Source: Candidatus Krumholzibacteriia bacterium
GTDB taxonomy: Bacteria > Krumholzibacteriota > Krumholzibacteriia > LZORAL124-64-63
DNA: 64,000 bases
Direction of reading: 5' to 3'
Assembly (NCBI GenBank): GCA_046484865.1
Contig: JAWOID010000018.1
Location: 32,001-96,000, forward strand
The position numbers and the translations under genes were made by a program. Each line of letters begins with the position of its first letter. Position 1 is the stretch's first letter. Shown here in pieces: positions 12,484 to 21,104 of this stretch. Below the pieces are notes generated by a model. That model searched no databases, was not told where the DNA came from, and worked only from the letters and a program-made list of their open reading frames with translations.

Positions 12484-12512
12484 ATTCTACTAAAACGGAG
12501 CTGAACTGTCTA
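12484..12512 (-). promoter_or_regulatory. sigma70 promoter of the sigma factor gene
   Basis: TAGACA-N17-TAGAAT with AT-rich upstream element GTAAATTATA. Confidence 0.6.
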
Positions 12513-12589
12513 GATATAATTTACGTCCGGTTTCCCGGGGAGTTTGCGGGCGGGCGCCGGCCGTCGCCCGCGCCCGCCCCGCGCGCAAG

Positions 12590-14518
12590 TCAGTCCTCGT
12601 CCACCACCTCGTAGTCGGCGTCCACCGAGTCTTCGTGTCCCTCCTGCCGTCCTCCGGGAGCCTCGCCGGAAGGTCCGCCGTTTTGGGCCTTCTGCTCTTG
12701 CCCGCCGCCGGCCGAGGCCTTCGCGTACGCCTTGCTGGCAAGTTCCTGGAGCGACCGCGTCAGCCCGTCGGTCGCCGTCCGGATCATCTCGGCATCGTCC
12801 CCCTTCCGGACCTCGTCGAGGGCCTTGATCTTCCGCTCGACATCCTCCCGCAGGCCCGGCTCCACATCGTCCTTCAGATCCTCGAGCGTCTTCTGGGCCT
12901 GGTGGATGCGGGCGTCGGCGTCGTTGCGGGCATCCACCAGACCCCGCTTCGACCGGTCCTCGGCCGCATGGCTCTCGGCGTCCTTCACCATCCGCTCGAT
13001 CTCGGTGTCGCTCAGCCCGCTGGACGCCTGGATCTTGATGGACTGCTCCTTGCCCGTCGCCTTGTCCACCGCCGCCACCGACAGGATCCCGTTGGCGTCG
13101 ATGTCGAACGTCACCTCGATCTGCGGGACGCCGCGCGGCGCCGGTGGGATGCCGGTGAGCTGGAACCGCCCGATCGTCTTGTTGTCCACCGCCATCTCGC
13201 GCTCGCCCTGCAGGACGTGGATGTCGACGGTGTCCTGATTGTCGGCCGCCGTGGAGAAGATCTGGCTCTTCTTGGTGGGGATCGTGGTGTTGCGCTCGAT
13301 CAGGCGCGTCATCACGCCGCCCAGGGTCTCGATGCCCAGGCTCAGCGGAGTCACGTCGAGCAGCACCAGGTCGAGATCCTCGCCGCCGAGCACGCCGCCC
13401 TGGATCGCTGCACCCATGGCCACGACCTCGTCCGGGTTCACCGTCCGGTTCGGCTCCTTGTCGAACAGCTCCTTGACCTTCGCCGCCACCGCGGGAATGC
13501 GGGTGGACCCGCCAACGAGCAGCACCTCGTCGATCTCCGCCGTCGACAGACCGGCGTCCTGGATGCACTTGCGGCAGGGGCCGGCAGTCCGCTCGATGAG
13601 GTCCTCCACCAGCGACTCGAACTTGGAGCGGGTCAGCGTCAGCGCCAGGTGCTTCGGTCCCGCCTGGTCCGCCGTGATGAACGGCAGGTTGATCTCGGTC
13701 TGCGAGGAGGAGCTCAGCTCCTTCTTGGCGGTCTCGGCCGCCTCCTTCAGGCGCTGCAGCGCCATGGCATCCTTGCTCAGGTCGATCCCCTCCTGCTTGA
13801 GGAAGGTCTCTACCAGGTGATCCATGACCCGCTGGTCGAAGTCGTCGCCGCCGAGGTGCGTGTCGCCGTTGGTGGCGAGCACCTCGAAGACGCCGTCGGC
13901 GAGGCTCAGGATGGAGATGTCGAAGGTGCCGCCGCCGAGGTCGAACACCGCGACGGTCTCCTCCTTCTGCTTGTCCCGATTGAGACCGTAGGCCAAAGCG
14001 GCCGCCGTGGGCTCGTTGATGATGCGCTTGACCTCGAGCCCGGCGATCTTGCCGGCGTCCTTCGTGGCCTGCCGCTGGTTGTCGTTGAAGTACGCGGGGA
14101 CGGTGATCACCGCTTCCTTGACCTCGTAGCCCAGGTACTCCTCCGCGGTCTCCTTCAGGTTGCGCAGGATCTGCGCGGAGATCTCCGGCGGCGTGAACTC
14201 GCCCTGATTCGTCCGGATGCGCACGTCGCCGTCCGGTCCGGCCACCACCTCGAAGGGCACCTCGTCCCGCTCCGTGGCCACCTCGTCGTAACGGCGTCCC
14301 ATGAAGCGCTTCACGGAGAAGACGGTGTTCTTCGGGTTCGTGACCGCCTGCCGCTTGGCGAGCAACCCCACCAGACGGTCTCCGTTCTTGTTCCACGCGA
14401 CCACCGAGGCGGTGGTGCGGTTGCCTTCCTTGTTCTGGATGACCTTGGGCTCGCCACCCTCCATCACCGAGACCACGCTGTTGGTCGTGCCCAGGTCGAT
14501 ACCGATGATCTTGGCCAT
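12590..14518 (-). CDS. dnaK: Molecular chaperone DnaK (Hsp70)
   Basis: [58 protein letters not shown]-terminus. Confidence 0.98.
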   Translation of the reverse strand: MAKIIGIDLGTTNSVVSVMEGGEPKVIQNKEGNRTTASVVAWNKNGDRLVGLLAKRQAVTNPKNTVFSVKRFMGRRYDEVATERDEVPFEVVAGPDGDVRIRTNQGEFTPPEISAQILRNLKETAEEYLGYEVKEAVITVPAYFNDNQRQATKDAGKIAGLEVKRIINEPTAAALAYGLNRDKQKEETVAVFDLGGGTFDISILSLADGVFEVLATNGDTHLGGDDFDQRVMDHLVETFLKQEGIDLSKDAMALQRLKEAAETAKKELSSSSQTEINLPFITADQAGPKHLALTLTRSKFESLVEDLIERTAGPCRKCIQDAGLSTAEIDEVLLVGGSTRIPAVAAKVKELFDKEPNRTVNPDEVVAMGAAIQGGVLGGEDLDLVLLDVTPLSLGIETLGGVMTRLIERNTTIPTKKSQIFSTAADNQDTVDIHVLQGEREMAVDNKTIGRFQLTGIPPAPRGVPQIEVTFDIDANGILSVAAVDKATGKEQSIKIQASSGLSDTEIERMVKDAESHAAEDRSKRGLVDARNDADARIHQAQKTLEDLKDDVEPGLREDVERKIKALDEVRKGDDAEMIRTATDGLTRSLQELASKAYAKASAGGGQEQKAQNGGPSGEAPGGRQEGHEDSVDADYEVVDED

Positions 14519-14729
14519 GTCGACTCCCCTTCTCCGCTGCTCGGTTCCGTTTCGGCAATTGCACTCGTACGCCCGGACGCGGAACAAGGCCCGTGCCGGG
14601 CCGCCGATCCAGGCAGTCTTTCCGCAAGTCACTGGCGCTGAGTGAGTTCTCGGGTCGGCCGACCGTCGTCGGCGACCGTGGCGCCCCTGTCAGGTCGCGT
14701 CAGGCCTGCCGTAGTGGCTGTCATTCGCG

Positions 14730-15707
14730 TCAGGTTGGCAGGTCGGGCTCTGCCCGACGGCCGTCCCCCAGACCTCGCCGGAAGCAGGTGAGAACCGCCA
14801 GATCCATGGCGCGCGCATACGCCGCGAGACCGCGCGGACGATGGTCGGCGGCCGTCGGCCAGCGCTCGACGGCGGCCAGCGCGGCCGCCCCGCCCGGACC
14901 GTCGAGGAGCGAGCGCAGCGCTCGTGCCCGAGCGGAGGGTCGTCCGCCCGGAGGATCGACCACCAGGTCCAGCCGCATCTCGGCCAGGCGGTGCGGGTGC
15001 AGGGCGGCAATGAGCTGCAGCGAGTCGCGGCCGCACTCCCGCTTCTTCTGCAGGTACTCCTGCAGCGTGTGATGATGGACGTGTCGCGGCACCGGATCGA
15101 GCAGCGCCGTGAAGCGCAGGCCCGCGTCCTCGAGCCGGAATCCCGCCTCCATGTCCTCGAACCCGTAGCCGCCGAAGCGCTGGTCGAACCCGCCGGCCTT
15201 CAGGAAGGCCTCCCGGGGCACGCCCGCGTTCTGCGTGACGAAGTAGCGGGCCGGCGCCGGCCCCGGCGGCAGCTTGGCCACAGCGCGACCGTCGAGGTAG
15301 AAGAAGTGCGGGGCGTCCACCAGCGTCGGTTCGGTCACCGCGTACCCGATGGTCCCCCGGGCGGGAGCGGCCGACAGCTCCCTCAGGTGCGCCGCCAGCA
15401 GGCCGGGTGGGGCCACGATGTCGTCGTCCAGGAAGACGAGGTAGCGTCCTCGCGCGCGGCTCACGCCGAGGTTGCGGGCACCGGCCCGGCCGAGGTTGCG
15501 AGCCGGCCGCACGGGTTGCAGCAACGGGCCGCCCGGCGCTCGTTCGCGGGCGGCCAGCAGGTCCGCGGTCCCGTCGCTCGAGGCGTCGTCCACGACCACG
15601 ATCTCCCAGTGTGCGTCGTCCGGCAGTTGCTGGGCAGCGAGCGCAGCGAGCGTCCGCCGCAGCAGCGGAGCCTTGTTCCGGGTGGGGATCACCACGGAGA
15701 GGATCAT
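14730..15707 (-). CDS. Glycosyltransferase family 2
   Basis: SVVIPTRN, VVVDDASSDGT, ARNLG, FLDDD, GGFDQRFGGYGFEDME. Confidence 0.9.
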   Translation of the reverse strand: MILSVVIPTRNKAPLLRRTLAALAAQQLPDDAHWEIVVVDDASSDGTADLLAARERAPGGPLLQPVRPARNLGRAGARNLGVSRARGRYLVFLDDDIVAPPGLLAAHLRELSAAPARGTIGYAVTEPTLVDAPHFFYLDGRAVAKLPPGPAPARYFVTQNAGVPREAFLKAGGFDQRFGGYGFEDMEAGFRLEDAGLRFTALLDPVPRHVHHHTLQEYLQKKRECGRDSLQLIAALHPHRLAEMRLDLVVDPPGGRPSARARALRSLLDGPGGAAALAAVERWPTAADHRPRGLAAYARAMDLAVLTCFRRGLGDGRRAEPDLPT

Positions 15708-16864
15708 CGCGGCACCTCCGCGGCCGGCGTTCCCGCGGCGGCCAGGCGGGGCAGGGACACGGCCTCCGGCCAGGAGCCGCGGCCGTCGATCAGGCGGCCG
15801 AAGATCGCGTCCACGCGCTCCATGTTGGCGTCGAAGCCGGCCACCGCCCGGGCGGTGGCCAGGGCGCGCTCGCCGCAGGCGGCCCGCAGGTGCGGATCGC
15901 CCGCGAACCGGAGCATCGCGCCGGCGAGCGCCGCCTCGTCCCGCGCCGGAACCACCAGCCCCGAGACCTGGTCGGCGATCCACTCCGTGGACGACGGCAG
16001 GTTCGACACCACGATGGCCCGGCCGCAGGCCATGGCCTCGAGCAGGCTGACGGCCGTCGCGTCCACCGACGGCACGGACAGGAACACGTCGCCCGCGTTC
16101 AGCGCGACGGCGAAGTCCACGTGGGGTATCCGGCCTGCGAACGCCGAGACGTCACCGATGCCCGCGTCGGTGGCGCGTTCCACGAACCGCGCCGGGTCGC
16201 CCTCGTAGCCGGCGAACAGGAACCGCGCCCGCGGCTCGGCCGCGCGCACCCGCGCCGCCGCGGCGATGATGACGTCGATGTTGTAGTAGGGCTGCGTGAA
16301 GCTGCGCGGTGAGAAGAAGACGACGTGCTCATCGTCGAATCCGTACCGGGCCCGGAACTCGCGCGCCGGCTGCGGCCGGAAACGCTGCAGGTCCACACCC
16401 CAGAGCACGCGGAAGGCGCGCCCGGACGCGGCGCCGAGCTCGACGCTGCGCAGCAGGATGTCGGTCGAGTCGCCCGTCAGCGCGTCGCACGAGGTGAGCG
16501 CTCGTCGCGCGAGCCAGTGCTTGATCCTGCTCTCGAAGGGCGTGACATAGACGTCGTCGCCCCACACCGTCAGCACGTTCGGGTGGAAGCCGGAGAAGTG
16601 CCCCCAGTAGCCGTACCCGGTGAGGAAGTGCGTGTTCAGGAGATCAGGGGCGATGGCCGCCAGCAGCCGCTTCACCTTGCGCAGGGAGAGCGCGTAGCGC
16701 AGCGGCTTCGGGCCGACCGGCGCGGTGATGTCGTGGACGGTCACCCCCGGCACCGGTCCCGGTTGCACCGTCAGCAGGTGGCATTCGTCGCCTCGCTCGG
16801 CGAACCAGCGGATCCAGCGCTCGGTGTGGATGTGGCGGCCGATGGAGAGGAAGGCGAGGCGCAC
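15704..16864 (-). CDS. Glycosyltransferase family 4 (GT-B)
   Basis: PDLLNTHF, VWGDD, GVDLQRF, SLLEAMACGRAIV, SGLVVP. Confidence 0.88.
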   Translation of the reverse strand: MRLAFLSIGRHIHTERWIRWFAERGDECHLLTVQPGPVPGVTVHDITAPVGPKPLRYALSLRKVKRLLAAIAPDLLNTHFLTGYGYWGHFSGFHPNVLTVWGDDVYVTPFESRIKHWLARRALTSCDALTGDSTDILLRSVELGAASGRAFRVLWGVDLQRFRPQPAREFRARYGFDDEHVVFFSPRSFTQPYYNIDVIIAAAARVRAAEPRARFLFAGYEGDPARFVERATDAGIGDVSAFAGRIPHVDFAVALNAGDVFLSVPSVDATAVSLLEAMACGRAIVVSNLPSSTEWIADQVSGLVVPARDEAALAGAMLRFAGDPHLRAACGERALATARAVAGFDANMERVDAIFGRLIDGRGSWPEAVSLPRLAAAGTPAAEVPR

Positions 16865-16923
16865 GGGCAGCTTCCTGGGTGACGCACCGGCCCGGGGACC
16901 GGTGCCGGTGCTCGGACGGGGGC

Positions 16924-17011
16924 TGGTGCCGGGAGCCGGACTCGAACCGGCAAGGAGCAACGCTCCAGGGGATTTTAAGTCCCCCGCGTCTACCCGTTTC
17001 GCCACCCCGGC
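16924..17011 (-). tRNA. tRNA-Leu(TAA)
   Basis: GCCGGGGTGGCGAAA...GGGGA CT TAA AA TCCCC, long variable arm, GGTTCGAGTCC, ACCA end. Confidence 0.96.
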
Positions 17012-17125
17012 ACCCAGCCGGACGCGCTCGCGGCCATCCGGGCCGTCACGCGCACGACGAAAGAACCGGGCCCTCTGGGGCGCCCGGCTCGAGGGGTTCC
17101 GCACGCAGGATCCGGTGGCGAGGGC

Positions 17126-17200
17126 TGGAGGCGGCACCCGGAGTCGAACCGGGGATAACGGTTTTGCAGACCGTCGCCTTAGCCACTTGGCTATGCCGCC
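17126..17200 (-). tRNA. tRNA-Cys(GCA)
   Basis: GGCGGCATAGCCAAG...ACGGT CT GCA AA ACCGT...GGTTCGACTCC...TCCA. Confidence 0.97.
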
Positions 17201-17211
17201 TCCCGGATCCC

Positions 17212-17241
17212 ATTATCGCCTCCGCGGCGGCGGCCTGTCAA
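17212..17241 (-). promoter_or_regulatory. sigma70 promoter of tRNA-Cys/Leu
   Basis: TTGACA-N18-GATAAT. Confidence 0.55.
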
Positions 17242-17339
17242 ACCGCCTTTCCGGCCCGTACCGCGGCGCCGCCGGCGCCGCAGGCGCCGCGTTCCGCCGG
17301 AGGAAACGCACGAGCAGAAGAAGCACGAACAAAAGAAGA

Positions 17340-17415
17340 TGGAGCGGGCAACGAGACTCGAACTCGCGACCACTACCTTGGCAAGGTAGTGCTCTACCAA
17401 CTGAGCTATGCCCGC
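17340..17415 (-). tRNA. tRNA-Gly(GCC)
   Basis: GCGGGCATAGCTCAG...CTACC TT GCC AA GGTAG...AGTTCGAGTCT...TCCA. Confidence 0.97.
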
Positions 17416-17428
17416 TCCAGCGATGGAA

Positions 17429-17456
17429 AAAATAGTACCTGGGCGGGACGTGTCAA
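17429..17456 (-). promoter_or_regulatory. sigma70 promoter of tRNA-Gly
   Basis: TTGACA-N16-TATTTT; the -35 box overlaps the stop codon of the upstream glycosyltransferase. Confidence 0.5.
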
Positions 17457-18691
17457 CCCCCAATCGCTCCGTCCCGGGTGCGCTCGCGCCCTCCTTCGCG
17501 AGGAGCCGCGCCGCCGTCGTCACCCGCGGTGCGAGCCGGCTGCCGGCGGCCGGCGAGGACCGTGCGGTACAGCGCAGCCGTGTCCGCAGCCACCCGGTCC
17601 CACGAGTAGTTCGCTTCCACGCGCCGGCGCGCGCCCTCGCCCAGCCGTCGCCGCTCCTGCGGATCCCGCAGTAGCGCCGCCAGCTTGCGGCCCAGATCGG
17701 CGGCGTCGCCGCTGCGGAACGTGCTCACCCACGCGCCGCCGGCCTCGCGATTCGGCGCGATGTCGCTGACCAGGCAGCAACGCTCGTAGCTCATGCCCTC
17801 GAGCAGCGTGATCGCCAGCCCCTCCAGGGTCGACGGCAGCACCAGCACCGCCGCACTCGTGTAGAGTTCTTCCAGGATCCGACCGTGGACGAAGCCCAGG
17901 AACTCCACCCCGCCGGGCGCCGACTGCCGCAACTGCGCAGCGTATCCGCCGGTGAAGCCCGCGTCGCCCGCGATCACCAGGCGATGGTTCTGCCGCAGGT
18001 CCTCCGGCAGCGACGCGAAGGCCTCCAGCAGGAGGTGGCATCCCTTCTCCGGCACGAGGCGGCCCACGAACAGGATGTACGGACCATCGAGGCCCCGCTC
18101 CAGGATGAGGCGGGGCGGCTGTGGAGTGGGCGGGCTGATGCCATTGGGGATGTAGATGGTCTCGCGCCCGTGCCGCCGGCGGTAGTGCTCCTGAAGGTCA
18201 CGCGAAACCACCACGGTGGCGTCCGGCAGGCTCGCGCTGGCCCACTCGCCGAGCCTGAGCAGTGCGCGGGCGCTGCGGCCCCACTTCGCCCGCTGCCAGT
18301 CGAGACCGTGCACCGTGACCAGCGTCCGCTTGCGCGCCAGCGCCCGGGGCAGTCCGGACAGCAGCGAGGGGCCCAGTGCATGGTAGTGCACCAGGTCGAT
18401 GCGGCGCGGCAACACGTCGGCGGTGCACAGGAGGCTGTGCGTGGCGGCGTCCAGGTTCTTGGTCGGCACGCTCGGCATGCGCCGCACGCTGACGCCAGGC
18501 ACGTCCGTCGGTCCGCGGAGGGAACTGTAGTGGGGTCGGCTGTAGAGCAGCAACTCCACGCCGTGGCCGGGCAGGCGTCGCGCCAGCTCCGCCACGTGTC
18601 GCTCGATCCCGCCGTGCACGGGGGGATACCCCTTCTGGCCGATCATGGCCACGCGCACCGGAGCGGTCGGCTGCGGGGGCGCAGGCGACAC
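17453..18691 (-). CDS. Glycosyltransferase family 4 (GT-B)
   Basis: MIGQKGYPPVHGGIERHV, TVHGLDW, IPNGI, FVGRLVPEKG, PSTLEGLAITLLEGM; GTG start inferred. Confidence 0.9.
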   Translation of the reverse strand: MSPAPPQPTAPVRVAMIGQKGYPPVHGGIERHVAELARRLPGHGVELLLYSRPHYSSLRGPTDVPGVSVRRMPSVPTKNLDAATHSLLCTADVLPRRIDLVHYHALGPSLLSGLPRALARKRTLVTVHGLDWQRAKWGRSARALLRLGEWASASLPDATVVVSRDLQEHYRRRHGRETIYIPNGISPPTPQPPRLILERGLDGPYILFVGRLVPEKGCHLLLEAFASLPEDLRQNHRLVIAGDAGFTGGYAAQLRQSAPGGVEFLGFVHGRILEELYTSAAVLVLPSTLEGLAITLLEGMSYERCCLVSDIAPNREAGGAWVSTFRSGDAADLGRKLAALLRDPQERRRLGEGARRRVEANYSWDRVAADTAALYRTVLAGRRQPARTAGDDGGAAPREGGRERTRDGAIGG

Positions 18692-18729
18692 GTTGGTCTC
18701 GCCTTCCGTGTCCGGCTCGGCGGACGCCG

Positions 18730-19758
18730 TCAAGTGCGGACAGCCGCCAGTTCGTAGGGCCGCCCATCGTGCCGGATGGACTGGCAGGCCTTCGCGAGCG
18801 TCTCCACCACCTGCAGGCCGTGGTAGCCGTTGCAGAGGGGTTCGGCGCGTCCCAGCAGCACGTCCACGAAGTGCGCGGCCTCGATCTTCAGCGGCTCGGT
18901 CTGCTCGAGCCGCGGGATGTGGACGTCGCCGAACCGGTACGACAGCTGGAACTCGCCGAAGTTGTCGTAGTGGGCGGGAACATCCACGCCCTTGTCGTAG
19001 ACGCGGATCTTCTCGAGCGCGGCCACGTCGTCGTACACCAGCATCTTGCGACTGCCCACGAAGGTGGCCTTGCGGATCTTGTTCGGGTCCAGCCAGCTCA
19101 CGTGGATGTGAGCGAGTTGCCGGCCGGGATACTCGAGCGTGAGAAACGCCACGTCCTCGTTGTCGAGCTCGCGCTGCACGTAGCACCGGCCCGTCGCGCT
19201 GACGATCGCCGGCGTGGCGCCGAACAGGTGGTTCAGCATGGCGACGTCGTGCGGCGCCAGGTCCCAGACCACGTTCACGTCCGGCTGGAAGATGCCCAGG
19301 TTCACCCGGGTGACGTCCACGTAGTAGATGTCTCCGAGTTCGCCCACCTCCATCAACTCGCGGATCTTGCGGACGGCCGGCGTGAAAAGGAAGGTGTGCC
19401 CGACCATGATCTGCAGCTCGCGCTGCTCGGCGAGATCGATGAGACGGCGGCACTCGTCGGGACTCGCCGCCATCGGCTTCTCCACGAAGAGGTGCTTGCC
19501 TGCGGTGAGGACCTCGGCGCCCAGCGGGAAGTGGGTGGATACGGGCGTGGCCACCACCACGGCGTCGATGCGCGGGTCCTTCACGATCTCCCGGTAATCA
19601 GTGGTCTGCTTCACCCCCGGATAGAGCTGTCCGACATGGGCCAGCCGTCTGGCGTCGAGATCCGCTATCGCGACCAGCTCCACCTCTGGCAGATGCTGGA
19701 AATTCCTGATCAGATTCGGTCCCCAGTAACCGCAGCCGACGACGCCCACCTTGATCAT
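18730..19758 (-). CDS. Gfo/Idh/MocA family oxidoreductase (probable nucleotide-sugar dehydrogenase)
   Basis: VGVVGCGYWGPN Rossmann motif, VEKPM, WDLAPHD. Confidence 0.92.
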   Translation of the reverse strand: MIKVGVVGCGYWGPNLIRNFQHLPEVELVAIADLDARRLAHVGQLYPGVKQTTDYREIVKDPRIDAVVVATPVSTHFPLGAEVLTAGKHLFVEKPMAASPDECRRLIDLAEQRELQIMVGHTFLFTPAVRKIRELMEVGELGDIYYVDVTRVNLGIFQPDVNVVWDLAPHDVAMLNHLFGATPAIVSATGRCYVQRELDNEDVAFLTLEYPGRQLAHIHVSWLDPNKIRKATFVGSRKMLVYDDVAALEKIRVYDKGVDVPAHYDNFGEFQLSYRFGDVHIPRLEQTEPLKIEAAHFVDVLLGRAEPLCNGYHGLQVVETLAKACQSIRHDGRPYELAAVRT

Positions 19759-19935
19759 GTATGCTCGCTTTCACTCGTTCGTTGTCGGTCCCTGATCGAC
19801 CCGTCCACGACGGCGTCGACGGTGGCGGAGGAAATGTCCGCTCTTCCCGCCCGCATGTCACGGCCGGTGTACGTGGCCCCCGCTCCGGGCGCCGACCGCG
19901 CCGGACGGCGGCGATCGGCGACCCTGGCGGAAGGC

Positions 19936-20670
19936 TCAGTACCCCCCCGTGCCCCGGATGATCACCGGGAGCGTCTTCGCGAGGATGCCGAGATCGAGCA
20001 GCAGCGACCAGTTGTTGATGTAGTGCAGGTCGAGCCGCACCATCTCGTCGAAGCTCACGCTGCTCCGCCCCGACACCTGCCAGAGTCCGGTGATCCCCGG
20101 TGTGACACGCAGCCGCTCCATGTGCCACGACCGGTAGTTGTCGATCTCGTAGCAGATCGGCGGGCGAGGGCCCACCAGCGACATCTCGCCGAGCAGGACG
20201 TTGATGAGCTGCGGCAGTTCGTCGAGGGAGGTCCGTCGCAGCCAGGCCCCCACCGGCGTGATCCGGGGGTCCCGCTGGATCTTGTAGGCGGACTTCCCGC
20301 CGTTGGTGCGCCGGCAGCCTTCGTTGTCGCCGTTGATGAACATCGTGGCGAAGCGTCGGTGGATGGTGTCGTCGCTGTCGTGCTTCATGGAGCGGAACTT
20401 GTAGAAGCGGAATGGTCTGCCGTCCCGGCCGAGGCGTTCCTGGATGAAGAAGATGGGGCCGCCGTCGGTGCGCTTGATGACGAGCGCGATCGCCAGGAAC
20501 AGCGGGACGGAGAGAAACAGCAGGATGGCCGCGCCGGCCAGGTCGATCGCCCGCTTGATCCGGCCCTGCGCGCCATAGAAGCGGGTCGTATCCACCGGGA
20601 TGTAGATGCTGGGCGCGGTCACGGGCAGATCACGGACCGCTACCGACAGAGCCGCCGCGTCTTCCTTCAT
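19936..20670 (-). CDS. Bacterial sugar transferase (priming phosphoglycosyltransferase, WcaJ/CpsE-type catalytic domain)
   Basis: [49 protein letters not shown]. Confidence 0.94.
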   Translation of the reverse strand: MKEDAAALSVAVRDLPVTAPSIYIPVDTTRFYGAQGRIKRAIDLAGAAILLFLSVPLFLAIALVIKRTDGGPIFFIQERLGRDGRPFRFYKFRSMKHDSDDTIHRRFATMFINGDNEGCRRTNGGKSAYKIQRDPRITPVGAWLRRTSLDELPQLINVLLGEMSLVGPRPPICYEIDNYRSWHMERLRVTPGITGLWQVSGRSSVSFDEMVRLDLHYINNWSLLLDLGILAKTLPVIIRGTGGY

Positions 20671-20820
20671 GATGCCAAGACTCCCTTGCCGCGAAGCAAG
20701 ATGGGAAGTGATTGCTCAGGTCGAAACGCGTTAGCTTCTGCCCATCGAGATCCTTTCATGTCCCGGTCATGTCCCGGACCCAGCAGTCGGATCGACGCCG
20801 CTCCCCGACCGACAGGGCGG

Positions 20821-20850
20821 ATTATAACATGTTTTTACAGCGCGAGTCCA
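20821..20850 (-). promoter_or_regulatory. sigma70 promoter (extended -10) of the sugar transferase operon
   Basis: TGGACT-N18-TATAAT with TGn extension. Confidence 0.6.
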
Positions 20851-21030
20851 GAGGGTCCGCGTAATTTTTTCGCTTTCGGCACTCCCCCCGGCCGAAAGTG
20901 CCGACACGTTAGCGCTTTCTCTCCCCGGTCACCAGTTCCGGTCCGCAAGTCGTTGCCCGGCGTACCGCGACGGACGCTCGCCATCGCGATCGAGACGCTC
21001 CGGGACCGGCTCCGTCCCCGCACATTTCTT

Positions 21031-21059
21031 TTGCCTAAGCCTGGACAGGGGCCTATCCT
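21031..21059 (+). promoter_or_regulatory. sigma70 promoter of ino1
   Basis: TTGCCT-N17-TATCCT. Confidence 0.55.
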
Positions 21060-21104
21060 GAGATCCCGTTCCCGCCGATCTCTAGCCTGAAGAGGAGTCT
21101 GGAA

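Noticed and set aside
16924..17011. bldA-like regulation by tRNA-Leu(TAA) in a high-GC genome
   Set aside because: The Gly-Cys-Leu(TAA) cluster is widespread, and I could not identify TTA-dependent target genes by eye
16865..17452. Prophage or genomic island integrated at the tRNA cluster
   Set aside because: No integrase, no duplicated tRNA 3' end and no compositional shift in the flanks
20876..20904. CIRCE-like TCGGCACTC...AAGTGCCGA
   Set aside because: Spacer is 11 nt rather than 9, arms deviate, and the flanking genes are not chaperones; kept only as a generic repeat
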